Shown piece after piece: positions 49,182 to 58,858 of a DNA stretch of 64,000 bases. A program made the translations under genes and the position numbers. This DNA is from an uncultured bacterium. GTDB taxonomy: Bacteria; Krumholzibacteriota; Krumholzibacteriia; JACNKJ01. The stretch is taken from positions 1,600,001 to 1,664,000 of the forward strand of contig CAVOFT010000001.1 of assembly GCA_963695095.1 (NCBI GenBank), given 5' to 3'. Position 1 is the stretch's first letter; every line of letters starts with the position of its first letter. The notes under the pieces are model-generated. The model was not told the origin of the DNA. It did not search any database and saw only the letters and a program-made list of their open reading frames with translations.

Positions 49182-50407
49182 GACGCCACCTCCTCTGCCT
49201 CGCGCCAGTCCGCGGCCAGGCGACCGGTGGCGACGGCGAGCTGAACCGTGTGCTGGGCGCGCTTCACCACGGGCGGATCGATCATCTTGCTGCCCAGGCT
49301 CACCACCCCGAGCCCCCTGGCCACGGCCGCCTCGAAGGCGAGCACGATCCGGCGCGCCTTGTCGACCTCGGCCGGCTCCGGCGCGAAGGCCTCGTGGACG
49401 ACGCGGATCTGCCGCGGGTGGATGCAGCCCTTGCCGTCGAAGCCCAGCGCGCGGGCTTCGAGCACGCTGGCGCGCAGGCCCGCCATGTCGTCGACATCGC
49501 TGAAGACGGTGTCGATGGGCTGGACGCCGGCCGCCCGGGCGGCATTGACGATCACCGAGCGCAGCCAGAAGCTCTCGCGGCCCTCGGCCGTGCGCGCCAC
49601 GCCGAGGTCGGCGGTGTAGTCCTCCAGGCCGAGGGCGAGGGCGACGACGCTGGGGTCGGCGCCCGCGATCTCCAGGGCGCGCAGGGCGCCCAGGGCGCTC
49701 TCGACGATGGGCATCAGCCAGATGGGCTCGCTGCGGCCGCAGGCGGCGGCCAGTTCACGCGCACGGGCGGCGACGGCGGCCACCTGGTCGGCGCTCTCCA
49801 CCTTCGGGATCAGGATGAGCTGAACGGCGTGCGGGATCAGCCAGTCGAGATCCACGAGACCGTGTGGGCCTTGATTGATGCGCACCATCAGCTCGGCGGC
49901 GCCGAAGTCGACGCTGCGCAGAGCGTTGCGCACGAGGCAGCGGGCGGCATCCTTCTCGGCCGGCGCCACCGAGTCTTCGAGGTCGAGGATGACGGCGTCG
50001 GGGCCGTGGAGGCCGGCGTTGAGCATCAGCTTGGGCTGGGTGCCGGGCAGGTAGAGCCGGCTGCGCCGGAAGCGGTCCCGGGGCGAGGGAGGCGGGGCCG
50101 GCCGCGTGACGGGCGGCAGCAGTTCCGGGCACTCGCCGCCGCGGGCGCGGCGGGCGGCCGTCTCCAGGCGGGCGGCGATCACGAAGGGCAGCGCGCCGCT
50201 GTCTTCCATCTCCAGGCGGGCATGGGCGATGCCGAGCGCCGCCAGTCCCGCGGCAAGCTGGGCCCGGATGGCCTCACCGTACATCGACTCCACCTTCGAG
50301 CGCAGAGCGATCTCGATGCCGCCCGCCTCGCGCAGTTCCAGGGCAATCCAGCAATCCGAGCGGACGTCCGCCCCACGGGCGCCCGCCTCGGCCATGGCAG
50401 CGCTCAT
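49178..50407 (-). CDS. citE: Fused citrate lyase ACP (CitD) and beta subunit (CitE)
   Basis: N-terminal AEAG...RSDC...SKVESMYG...DSGALPFVIAAR (CitD-like), then RRSRLYLPG, ILDLEDSV, GKGCIHPRQI, KMIDPPVV (CitE). Confidence 0.88.
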   Translation of the reverse strand: MSAAMAEAGARGADVRSDCWIALELREAGGIEIALRSKVESMYGEAIRAQLAAGLAALGIAHARLEMEDSGALPFVIAARLETAARRARGGECPELLPPVTRPAPPPSPRDRFRRSRLYLPGTQPKLMLNAGLHGPDAVILDLEDSVAPAEKDAARCLVRNALRSVDFGAAELMVRINQGPHGLVDLDWLIPHAVQLILIPKVESADQVAAVAARARELAAACGRSEPIWLMPIVESALGALRALEIAGADPSVVALALGLEDYTADLGVARTAEGRESFWLRSVIVNAARAAGVQPIDTVFSDVDDMAGLRASVLEARALGFDGKGCIHPRQIRVVHEAFAPEPAEVDKARRIVLAFEAAVARGLGVVSLGSKMIDPPVVKRAQHTVQLAVATGRLAADWREAEEVAS

Positions 50408-50490
50408 TCCCCGCCTCGTTTCGTTGAATGGATCGAGCAGCGGCAACAAATAGCACGGCCCGGCGGCGCTGCGCAATGGCCGCCCGCGGG

Positions 50491-50910
50491 CTACTCCGCC
50501 AGCGTGGAGGCCCGGGTCAGCCGCGAGAAGCGCACGCCCTTGAGGCCGCCGATACGGATGGCCAGCTTTTCGATCTCGGCCGGGCGGCCGCGCAGGAGGA
50601 TCACCTCCAGGCAGTGGTGGTGGTCCACGTGGACGTGCGTGCTGCAGAGCACGTTGATGTAGCGGTTGTGCTGGGCCTCGGCGAGCCGGTCGGCGAGGCC
50701 CCGCTGGTGGTGATCATAGCTGATCGTCAGCGTGCCGTAGACGGTGCCGCGGCCCCGCTCCCACTTCTCGGTCACCAGGCGCTCGCGGATGAGGTCGCGC
50801 ACGAGTTCGGAGCGGGAGGGATAGCCCTGGCGCGTGACGCGCCGGTCGAGCTCCGCCAGGAGCCCGGCGGGCAGGGATACGCTGAAGCGCTGCAGGTCCG
50901 CTTTGGCCAT
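50491..50910 (-). CDS. nikR: Nickel-responsive regulator NikR
   Basis: RFSVSL ribbon, [26 protein letters not shown]. Confidence 0.95.
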   Translation of the reverse strand: MAKADLQRFSVSLPAGLLAELDRRVTRQGYPSRSELVRDLIRERLVTEKWERGRGTVYGTLTISYDHHQRGLADRLAEAQHNRYINVLCSTHVHVDHHHCLEVILLRGRPAEIEKLAIRIGGLKGVRFSRLTRASTLAE

Positions 50911-50914
50911 GGTC

Positions 50915-51691
50915 TCAATCCCAGTCGTGGAGGTGGTAGTGCCGGTGCTCGAGCTCGCCGTGGCGGTGGCCGTGCCGGTGCAGGAGGCCGGCGGCCAGCA
51001 GCCGTTCAGGGTCGGCGAGCAGGGGCGCCAGGGGGCCATCGTGGAGCAGGCCGCCGGCCGGGGACAGCAGGAGGGCACGTTCGCCCAGCTCGGCGGCCAG
51101 GCTGAGCCGATGGGTACTGACCAGCACCGCGGCCGCCGAGGCTGCCAGGGCGTCCACGAGCCAGCCCGTCGCCGGCGGGTCGAGATGGGCGGTGGGCTCG
51201 TCCAGGAGCAGGAGCTTGGGCTCGAGGGCGAAGAGGCAGGCCAGGCCCAGGCGCTGCTGCTGGCCGCCGCTGAGGCGGAAAGGCGGTCGCTCGAGCTCGG
51301 CCGCCAGGCCCACGGCCGCAGCCCAGTGCGCAGCCCGCGCTTCGGCGTCGGGGAGGCCGAGCTGGCGGGGGCCGAAGGCGATCTCATCCCGCACGGTGGG
51401 GTTGAAGAACATCAGCTCCGGCCGCTGGAAGAGCAGGCCCACCTCGGCGCGGAACTGCCGCCTGAAGGCGCGCTCGCCGAAGGCCGCGCGGCCGAGCGGC
51501 CGGCCCCCGTAGCGCAGCTCGCCCGACCGGGTGAAGAGGAGGCCGTCCAGAAGCTTGAGCAGCGTCGACTTGCCGGCGCCGTTCGCGCCCAGGAGGATCA
51601 CCTTTTCGCCGGGGGCGATCCGGAAGTCCAGCGCAGCGAGCACGGGCGCGCCGCCGGGATAGGCGAAGCCGAGCCCCCTGGCCTCAATCAT
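50915..51691 (-). CDS. cbiO: ECF transporter ATPase (CbiO/NikO) with His-rich tail
   Basis: [27 protein letters not shown]...[10 protein letters not shown] tail. Confidence 0.9.
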   Translation of the reverse strand: MIEARGLGFAYPGGAPVLAALDFRIAPGEKVILLGANGAGKSTLLKLLDGLLFTRSGELRYGGRPLGRAAFGERAFRRQFRAEVGLLFQRPELMFFNPTVRDEIAFGPRQLGLPDAEARAAHWAAAVGLAAELERPPFRLSGGQQQRLGLACLFALEPKLLLLDEPTAHLDPPATGWLVDALAASAAAVLVSTHRLSLAAELGERALLLSPAGGLLHDGPLAPLLADPERLLAAGLLHRHGHRHGELEHRHYHLHDWD

Positions 51692-52235
51692 GATCCCAGC
51701 CCCGGGAGCGCAGGGCCTGGGCCAGCTCGACGCTGGCCGCCTCGCTGCGCAGGATGAAGTGGCGGCCCATGACGCCGGCGTGGCGGTAGAGCAGGCCCAA
51801 GCCGGGCCGCTCGAGGCTGCGGCTGGCCAGGGCGAGGCGAAAGTCGGCCAGCAGCCGGCGACCCGTCGCGATCTGACCGGCGGCGAGCACCAGCACCGCG
51901 CTCAGCCGGCGCCAGGGCGCGAGGGCCCGAAAGCAGTTCACCCTCTGCACGAGGAGCAGGCTGAGGCTCGCGATGAGCAGGAGGCGCAGGTCCGTGCGCA
52001 GCAGGTAGGCCGCGCGCGAGCCGCCTCCGGCCAGCGGCAGCGCCAGCAACGAGAGGTTGAGCACGAGCAGGAAGGGCAGCGTGGCGAGCAGGGCTCGCCG
52101 GGCCAGGCGCGGCGCCCCGCGTCCGGCGGCCAGCAGCGCCAGCGCGAGGCCGGCCGCCAGCAGGGCCGGCGCGTGGACCATCGTGGCGGCCAGCACGGCG
52201 ACGAGATAGGCAGCCAGGCCCAGGCGGTCCCTCAT
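51684..52235 (-). CDS. cbiQ: ECF transporter T component (CbiQ/NikQ-like)
   Basis: TM helices with ALASR and ALRSRG motifs, between cbiM and cbiO. Confidence 0.75.
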   Translation of the reverse strand: MRDRLGLAAYLVAVLAATMVHAPALLAAGLALALLAAGRGAPRLARRALLATLPFLLVLNLSLLALPLAGGGSRAAYLLRTDLRLLLIASLSLLLVQRVNCFRALAPWRRLSAVLVLAAGQIATGRRLLADFRLALASRSLERPGLGLLYRHAGVMGRHFILRSEAASVELAQALRSRGWDHD

Positions 52236-52882
52236 GGGCGGGACTCCGGCGGCGCCCAGCGGGCGAGGCCGCGGCAGACGGCCAGGGTGAGCGCGCCCTC
52301 GGCGATCCCGAGCAGCAGGTGCGGGATGAGCAAGGCCGGCACGGCCACGCTGAAGCCGAAGGGAAAGTAGAGCGGCGAGCCGTCGGCGCCTCGGCCGAGG
52401 GCCGGCTGCAGGCCGAGGGCGAGGCCGGTGAGCAGAGCGGGGAGCGCCGTCGCCAGCCAGCCTGCGGCGACGAGCGCGGCGGGCTCGCTCCAGCGGCGCA
52501 GCAGCCGCCAGATGGCCCAGGCGGCGCTGCCGCCGGCCAGGCCCATGGCGAGGGCGTTGAGGGGCAGGGTAGTGATGCCGCCCATGCCGAAGACCAGGGC
52601 CTGGAGCAGGAGCACCAGGGAAATGGCGAGGAAGCAGAGCCCCGGCCCCACGCTCACGGCGAGGATGCCGATGCCCGAGGCGTGCGCGCTCGTGCCCCCC
52701 GGCAGCGGCAGGGGCAGGCTCATCAGCAGGAAGGCCAGCGCGCTGAGGGTGGCCAGGCGGGGCAGGCGATCAAGATCCCAGCGCCGGCCGCAGAGGCGCA
52801 GCGTCAGGGCCCAGGCCCCGCCCGCCACCGCCCAGGCGGGTAGGTAGAAGCGGGGGCTGAGCATCCCGTCGGGAATGTGCAC
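52232..52882 (-). CDS. cbiM: Ni/Co ECF S component (CbiM/NikM)
   Basis: N-terminal MHIPDG, GTSAH, LQALVFGMGGIT. Confidence 0.92.
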   Translation of the reverse strand: MHIPDGMLSPRFYLPAWAVAGGAWALTLRLCGRRWDLDRLPRLATLSALAFLLMSLPLPLPGGTSAHASGIGILAVSVGPGLCFLAISLVLLLQALVFGMGGITTLPLNALAMGLAGGSAAWAIWRLLRRWSEPAALVAAGWLATALPALLTGLALGLQPALGRGADGSPLYFPFGFSVAVPALLIPHLLLGIAEGALTLAVCRGLARWAPPESRP

Positions 52883-52890
52883 GGCGCTCC

Positions 52891-53889
52891 CTAGTTCAGG
52901 GCGGAGAAGCTGACCACGAGGCGGTAGTCTTCCTTGCCCTCGGCGCCCTGCTGGTCGGCCTCCTCGTTGAGAGCCGTCCAGGCGGGGAGCTTCAGGCCGA
53001 GGCCCAGGCTCAGGTTGTTGCAGTAGGCGCGCAGGCCCGGGATCAAGTAGATCATGCGGCCGCCGGTGGCCGCTTCGCCCACGCCCGCTGCCTCGTCTCG
53101 CCCCAGGGCGAGGAAGGCACCCTCGAGATTGCCGTCCAGCCGGAAGCGGTGGGGGCCGCTTTCGAGCAGGCGCAGGCTGTAGGCCAGGTTCGCGCGCTGC
53201 TCGTCACCGAAGCGGACGGCGTCGCCGTCGCCGTAGACGTGCTCGGTGAAGTGGATCCAGGACAGCTCGCCGGTGAGCGTGTGTCGGTCGCCCAGCACCT
53301 TGGTGCCGGTCAGGCCGCCCAGTCCCGAGGGCTCACCGAAGCCCGTGGCCAGGCCGGGGTCGAGGGTGCCCTCGCTGTCGGCGAGATCGGGGTTGCCCAG
53401 GGGCAGGGTGAGGCCGGCGTAGACCGTGAAGTGCCAGTCCTCGAGATCGTCCAGGCTCTCGCTGGCGGGCACGAGGCGCAGGCCACCGTCCCATTTGAGG
53501 CCCAGCACGCCGAGCAGGCTGGGGTCGGCGAAGCCGGCCGTGTTGTAGGCGTTGTTCTCCATCAGCTTCACGTTGTAGGGGAAGACGGCGTAGGCCGAGA
53601 GCCAGGGGCGCAGGCCCAGGCCCGCGCCGTAGAGCCAGAAGCGGCTCAGCGTGCCCTCGTCGTCGCGCGCAACGGTGTAGGTGGCGAAGGCCGCCTGGTC
53701 GAGCTTGAGGAAGAGGAGCAGCGAGCCCTGCGGCAGGGTGGCCGAGGCCGAGGTCTCCACGGGCGCGCCCGGGCTATGCAGCCCCACGGCGCCGAGGGAG
53801 GCGACGCCGTGGTGGGCGAGGGCCGGATCCGCGGCGGCGAGCGCGAGAGCGGCGAAGGCGATCGAGAGGGCAGGCCGTGTGGACATCAT
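52891..53889 (-). CDS. Outer-membrane transporter-like beta-barrel protein
   Basis: Signal peptide, then HHG; amphipathic strands; TAGFADPSL and GLTLPLG motifs; within the Ni/Co operon. Confidence 0.7.
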   Translation of the reverse strand: MMSTRPALSIAFAALALAAADPALAHHGVASLGAVGLHSPGAPVETSASATLPQGSLLLFLKLDQAAFATYTVARDDEGTLSRFWLYGAGLGLRPWLSAYAVFPYNVKLMENNAYNTAGFADPSLLGVLGLKWDGGLRLVPASESLDDLEDWHFTVYAGLTLPLGNPDLADSEGTLDPGLATGFGEPSGLGGLTGTKVLGDRHTLTGELSWIHFTEHVYGDGDAVRFGDEQRANLAYSLRLLESGPHRFRLDGNLEGAFLALGRDEAAGVGEAATGGRMIYLIPGLRAYCNNLSLGLGLKLPAWTALNEEADQQGAEGKEDYRLVVSFSALN

Positions 53890-54320
53890 CGCCTCCGGGC
53901 GAAAAGGGTGACGACACCGAAGAGTCCGAACAGGATGGCGACACCGGCGACGAGCCGGCCGGCGCGCTCCCAGAGGGAGCGCGGCGAGGCCGCCGCGGCG
54001 CCCGCCGTATCGACGGCGATGCTCAGCTCCGCGCCGTGGCCGTCCTCGCTGCTCGTCTTGACGCGCCACTCGCCCGGCCGGTCGGGCAGGAAGGCCACGC
54101 GGCCCAGGGCGTCCGCGCGGCCGGTTTGGAAGGGCAGCGTCTCGCCAGGCGGCAGCACCTCATACAGCTCGTAGGCGAAGGGGCTGCCGTCGGCGTACTG
54201 CAGCGTGACGACCACCGCCTCCTGCCGCGCGACTCGCTGCAGCACCTCGTGGGCGCCGGCGGGAGCGGCGACGCTGCCCAGGGCGAACGCGGCGGCGAGC
54301 GCGCGCAGGGCCCGGCTCAC
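53886..54320 (-). CDS. CbiL/NikL-like accessory protein
   Basis: Signal then AHEV, YADGSP, GRADALGRVAF, DGH, C-terminal TM. Confidence 0.75.
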   Translation of the reverse strand: MSRALRALAAAFALGSVAAPAGAHEVLQRVARQEAVVVTLQYADGSPFAYELYEVLPPGETLPFQTGRADALGRVAFLPDRPGEWRVKTSSEDGHGAELSIAVDTAGAAAASPRSLWERAGRLVAGVAILFGLFGVVTLFARRR

Positions 54321-55045
54321 TGCCCCGCCTCCGGCAGCACGAAGTTCAGCACCGTCGTTTCGATGCGCTTGGCGGCGCCGTCCGGGTCGGCGGTGAGCGG
54401 CGCCTCCAGACTGGCTTGGATGTGCTGGAGCCCGCCCCGCCGCAGGCGGATGTTGACCTTGCCCTCGGCGTCGGTGAGGCCGCGCGGCTCGCCGGCGTAG
54501 GCCACGGTCACCCCGGCCAGGGGGCGGCCCTCGCGAAAGGCGAGGACAGTGAGCTTCTCGCCGACGGCAACGCGCAGCGGATCCTGGGCGGGGACCAGTT
54601 CCAGCTCGCGCGTGAGCGGCCCGGCGAGCGCGGGCAGCCAGGCCGCGATGGCCTTGACGCTCTCCACCGATCGCCAGCTCGCCAGCGCGTGCGCCACCTG
54701 CGTGGGCGGCAGGTTGCGTGTGCCCTCGGTGCTCCTCGTCCAGACGCCGGAGCTGGTGAGGACGAAGAGGGCGGGCGCCGTGGCCGGCCAGCGCCCCGCG
54801 CGGGCGTCGGCGATCGGCAGGCTCAGGGTGTCGCCGGCGGCCGTGAGCGCGGTGGCCGCCAGGATCTGCTCCGGCGGCAGGGGCAGGGCCGTCGCACCGC
54901 CATGGCCGCCGGGCAGGTGTCCGTAGCGGAGCTGCCAGCCGCTGGCCCCCGCTTCGAGCCAGAGATCGTGCGCGCCGGCGATGCGGGCGGCCGGCAGGGC
55001 CAGGAGCCCGATGGCCAGGCTGAGTATTACGACTTGCTGTTTCAT
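54317..55045 (-). CDS. DUF4198 family periplasmic Ni/Co uptake-associated protein
   Basis: Signal then AHDLWL, YGH, LELVPAQDP, GRPLAG, TDAEGKV. Confidence 0.8.
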   Translation of the reverse strand: MKQQVVILSLAIGLLALPAARIAGAHDLWLEAGASGWQLRYGHLPGGHGGATALPLPPEQILAATALTAAGDTLSLPIADARAGRWPATAPALFVLTSSGVWTRSTEGTRNLPPTQVAHALASWRSVESVKAIAAWLPALAGPLTRELELVPAQDPLRVAVGEKLTVLAFREGRPLAGVTVAYAGEPRGLTDAEGKVNIRLRRGGLQHIQASLEAPLTADPDGAAKRIETTVLNFVLPEAGQ

Positions 55046-55082
55046 GTTACGCAGAGTAGCGGGGGGGTGGCCGCCCGCGCAA
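55024..55082 (-). promoter_or_regulatory. Promoter and candidate NikR operator overlapping the first start codon
   Basis: Minus strand TTGCGC-N18-TACTCT-N7-ATG; GTATTAC-N13-ATGTTAC at 55024-55050 (+ strand). Confidence 0.5.
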
Positions 55083-55115
55083 GGGCTTTCCGGCGCTGTG
55101 GGCGCGGGGCGGGGC

Positions 55116-55153
55116 AATGAAAACGGCGCCCTCCCCGCAGGGGAAAGGCGCCG
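55116..55153 (-). terminator. Intrinsic terminator after prpD
   Basis: GC-rich hairpin (55124-55153) followed by TTTTCATT on the minus strand. Confidence 0.6.
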
Positions 55154-55176
55154 GTAGGGGCAGGCCGTTCGCCGCG

Positions 55177-56619
55177 CTACTTGGTGCGCAGGGCAGCCAG
55201 CAGCGGCGTCACGCGCTCCAGTTTTTCGAGTCCGGCGACCAGCTCGACCAGGCGCGTCTGCTTCTTCTTGGGCAGGGCGAGGCCGGCCAGGGCGCGGAAC
55301 TTCGTCTCCAGCTCGGCGTCGCTCATCGGATTGCGCGGATCGCCCTTGGGGTAGTCCACGCTGGCGCGGCGCGGCTCGGCGCCCTTGAGCTTGAGGATCA
55401 CCTCCGCGCGCTTGAACTTGGGGAAGGCGGCATCGATCGCGGGGTCGGCCTCCACGCGCACCTTGGCCATCACGCCGGGCAGCAGGGGATCCTTCAGGCG
55501 CTTGGGCGTGAAGGAGTCGGTCGTCACCGCCCCGTCGAGCAGGGCGACGGCGATCACGAAGGGCAGGCTGTGGTCCGCCGTCTCCTTGGAGCTGGGAATG
55601 TACTTGGACGGGTCCGAGAGGATGTCCTTGGCGCGCGCCGTCGTGCGCACTTCCACCCACTCGATGTCATCGGGCGCATAGCCCTTGCCCGCGCTCAGGT
55701 CCAGCGCGCAGGAGATCGGCGAGTGGGTGAGCGCCTCGGTGGGGAAGGCCTTCATGCCGCAGCGCACGATGCGGAACTCGGGGCCCGCCGTCTCGCCGCC
55801 GCGCTTCTTGCGCTTGGCGAGCAGATCAGCGAAGCCCTCGGTGAGGATCTCCGACGACCAGGCCACGCCGGTCTGCTTGCCCAGGCAATGGAAGAGCCCC
55901 TCCTTGCCCTCGAAGACGGCCTCGGGGCCGGTGTAGCCCTCGGCCGCGAGCAGGGCGCTGAGCACGCCCTCGGCGCCGGCCATGGGATCGACGGTGTTCT
56001 TCATCATCGAGAGCTTGCCGGCGACGACGCCGCCGAAGGTGCCCTGGCGACAGCCGGCGATGCCGACCGCGTGCATCGTCTGCTCGGGGCTGAGGCCGTA
56101 GAGCTTGCCGGCGAGGAGCGGCGAGACGAACTGCGTCAGGGTGGCGTGGTGCCAGCCGATCTCGCGGATGCCGGGGTGGGCGGCCTCGCACAGGCGCATC
56201 TCGATCTCGTAGGCGAGCACCGTGGCGACGATGAGGTCCTTGCCGCTCAGCTTGTTCTGCTCGACGAGCGAGAGCACGGTGCCGAGCATGTCCGAGGGGT
56301 GGCTCGGGTCCTGCTCCCAGTAGATGTCGTTGAAGTCCATGATGCGGATCATCAGGTTGTTGAGGAAAGCCGCATCGCGGGCGTTCGTCTTCCAGTCCGT
56401 GCTGATCACCGTGGCCTCGGGCCGTCCCCGCAAGCGGCGGAAGACCTTGAGGGCGATGCGCGCGTCGTGGGCCTTGCTGCCGCCGAGGGCGCAGCCGAGG
56501 CTGTCGAGCCAGAAGCGACGCGCTTCCCGGACGGCGGCGGGGGACAGATGCTCCCACTTGAGGGCGTGGGCAAAGTCGGCGAGTTGACGGGACAGGGTCG
56601 GGGCGGGCGCAGTACTCAT
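55177..56619 (-). CDS. prpD: MmgE/PrpD family (2-methylcitrate dehydratase-like)
   Basis: DSLGCALGG, DFND, SHPSD, GWHH, ETADHSLP, PKGDPRNPMS. Confidence 0.88.
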   Translation of the reverse strand: MSTAPAPTLSRQLADFAHALKWEHLSPAAVREARRFWLDSLGCALGGSKAHDARIALKVFRRLRGRPEATVISTDWKTNARDAAFLNNLMIRIMDFNDIYWEQDPSHPSDMLGTVLSLVEQNKLSGKDLIVATVLAYEIEMRLCEAAHPGIREIGWHHATLTQFVSPLLAGKLYGLSPEQTMHAVGIAGCRQGTFGGVVAGKLSMMKNTVDPMAGAEGVLSALLAAEGYTGPEAVFEGKEGLFHCLGKQTGVAWSSEILTEGFADLLAKRKKRGGETAGPEFRIVRCGMKAFPTEALTHSPISCALDLSAGKGYAPDDIEWVEVRTTARAKDILSDPSKYIPSSKETADHSLPFVIAVALLDGAVTTDSFTPKRLKDPLLPGVMAKVRVEADPAIDAAFPKFKRAEVILKLKGAEPRRASVDYPKGDPRNPMSDAELETKFRALAGLALPKKKQTRLVELVAGLEKLERVTPLLAALRTK

Positions 56620-56810
56620 GGTCGACGAGGCCTCCTCGGTCCTCAGCGCAGAACGCGGGCGGATGAAGGGTGATCGGTGCGCCGCGGGCGTGGCCGCAGC
56701 CACCCCCCATACTGGGCCCCGGGAGCGTCGGGAGCAAGCCCTTCCCGCGCAAAGCCAGGGGGCTCCGGGCGCGGCCCGAAGCCCCCTCGCTTCCAGTCAG
56801 GTGGGACGAA

Positions 56811-58736
56811 CTACTTGGCCAGGAGCAGCTTGTGGCTGTCCTGGCGGCCGGCGCTCTGGAGCCGGACCAGGTAGACGCCCGAGGGCAGTGCGCGGCCGGC
56901 GGCGTCGGTGCCGTCCCAGACCGCCGTGTGGCGGCCGACGCTCTGGACACCGTCGACCAGGGTGGTGACCAGGCGCCCGGCGCTGTCATAGATGCGCAGG
57001 CTGACGGGGCCGGCGGCATCCACCGCAAAGTCGATCGTCGTCTGGGGGTTGAAGGGATTGGGGTGGTTCGCCTGGACGCCGAAGGCGGCGGCCAGGGGCG
57101 TCTCGACGCCCGTGAGGGACTCGATGTTGGTCAGGAAGTCCGTCGCCGCCTGGACGATGGTGCCCGTGCTCATGTCGCGCACGTAGACGGTGGCGCGCAG
57201 GTTGGCGTAGACCCACGTGCCGGCCAGGGGCATGGTCACGGTGATGGGATGGCTGCCCACGGTGCCGGAAACCGGCAGACCTGCAGCGGTGCCCGGCCAC
57301 ATGCGGCGGAAGGCCTGCTGGTGGATCGGCTCGCCGTTGCCGCCGTTGTGATTGATGTTGTCCTCGGTGATGCTGCAGAAGAGCTGGTAGTCGCCGCCCG
57401 GGCGCATCGCGCCGGTGACGTAGACCGTCGCCGTCAGCTCATCGACGTCGTCATTCCACTGCAGACCGACGTGCATGGGGCTCTTCCAGGTCTTGGCCTG
57501 ATTGAGGGCGGCGATGATCGACGAGCCCAGATTGCTGGTGTTCCAGAAGGCGTCCAGCCAGAAGTCCGGCACGCCGCTCACCCCGAACTCGTTCACCAGG
57601 GCCTGCGCCTGCGCCGTGTTCGCGAGGTACATGATGTCGCCCGGGTTGGGCCACCAGGTGTGCACGCGCATCAGCGCCACCTGGTTGCCCTGCGTGGGCA
57701 TGTAGCCGTCCAGGGCCACGTTGGCCTGCACGCAGGGCGCGCAGCCGCTGTTCGTGAAGAGCATGCCCAGGGGCACGTGGGTATCGTAATAGGTCGTGAA
57801 CTCCGCGACGCCCGTGTCGTTGCTGGGATCCGTATCGATGGCCAGCTGGGTTGTCGCGCTGAGGTCGTAGTACTGGCCCGCGGCGGGGGTGAAGTCGGGG
57901 AAGTCGATCTGGCTCTGGGCGCCGAAGGCCAGGTTGCTCACGCTCAGGGTCTCCGAGTAGATCGGCGAGCCGGACTCGCTGATCAGGAGCTCGACGTCGA
58001 AGGTCTCGCCGGCCTGGCCGAAGTTCTCCACGGTCACCTGCGGCGCGATGGGGCTGCCATAGCCCTGGTTGCCGCCGTCGGGGGCGATGCTGACCACGCC
58101 CACGTCGTGCAGGCTGGGGGCGAAGATGCGCACGTCGTCGATCAACCAGGTGTCGCCGACCGTCGCGGTGTCGTAGTAGCGGAAAGCCAGGTAGACGACG
58201 GGCTCTCCGGATAGACTGGACAGATTGACCAGCACGGGCGGCCCGTTCCAGTCCAGGGGGATCGAGTGATTGCCGGGCAGCATCTCGCTGATGATGGAGA
58301 AGGCGGCCGGATCGGTCTGGCTGGTGGTGCTCGCCATGATGTAGTGATGGCCGGTGCTCCCTGCCCAGCTGACGGCCCGCTCGTACCACTCGAGCTTCTG
58401 GTTGACGGCGCCGCTGAAGTCAAGCGCCGGGGTGACCAGGTACTCGTCCTGGAGGGTGTTGGCGGCGACGACACCGGCGACGTAGCTGCCGGAGTGCGCC
58501 CCGTAGTTGTTCCGCTGGAACCAGGTCTGAGCGATATGGGTCTGGATCCTCGCCCAGCCCGCCGGCAGCCAGGTGCCTTCGAAAGTCTCGCCGAGGATGA
58601 GGTCGTCTCGGTCGCCGGCGGGGGCTGCTGAATGCGCAGGCGCCGCCTGCACAGCGGGCGCGGCGAGCAGGCCCGCGGCGAGCAGGCAGAGGGCGGCCCG
58701 CAGAGCGAAGCCGCGGGAGCGATAGCGCAAAGTCAT
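56811..58736 (-). CDS. Secreted modular protein: adhesin-like beta-sandwich, Omp28-like CxxC domain, FlgD-Ig tail
   Basis: ETFEGTWLPAGW...QDEYLVTP...WLIDDV; FTNSGCAPC...GVSGVP; NHPNPFNPQTTI...WDGTD...SGVYLVRL. Confidence 0.8.
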   Translation of the reverse strand: MTLRYRSRGFALRAALCLLAAGLLAAPAVQAAPAHSAAPAGDRDDLILGETFEGTWLPAGWARIQTHIAQTWFQRNNYGAHSGSYVAGVVAANTLQDEYLVTPALDFSGAVNQKLEWYERAVSWAGSTGHHYIMASTTSQTDPAAFSIISEMLPGNHSIPLDWNGPPVLVNLSSLSGEPVVYLAFRYYDTATVGDTWLIDDVRIFAPSLHDVGVVSIAPDGGNQGYGSPIAPQVTVENFGQAGETFDVELLISESGSPIYSETLSVSNLAFGAQSQIDFPDFTPAAGQYYDLSATTQLAIDTDPSNDTGVAEFTTYYDTHVPLGMLFTNSGCAPCVQANVALDGYMPTQGNQVALMRVHTWWPNPGDIMYLANTAQAQALVNEFGVSGVPDFWLDAFWNTSNLGSSIIAALNQAKTWKSPMHVGLQWNDDVDELTATVYVTGAMRPGGDYQLFCSITEDNINHNGGNGEPIHQQAFRRMWPGTAAGLPVSGTVGSHPITVTMPLAGTWVYANLRATVYVRDMSTGTIVQAATDFLTNIESLTGVETPLAAAFGVQANHPNPFNPQTTIDFAVDAAGPVSLRIYDSAGRLVTTLVDGVQSVGRHTAVWDGTDAAGRALPSGVYLVRLQSAGRQDSHKLLLAK

Positions 58737-58858
58737 GGATTACCTCCAGAACATGGAAGTGACGCGAGGGCCGGAGCAGGCTCGTTTGTCGTTATTCTAA
58801 CAGAAAAGCGACGGCGGTGGGAGTGACGATTGCGGTCGGGGATGTCCCAGCAGTTCCG

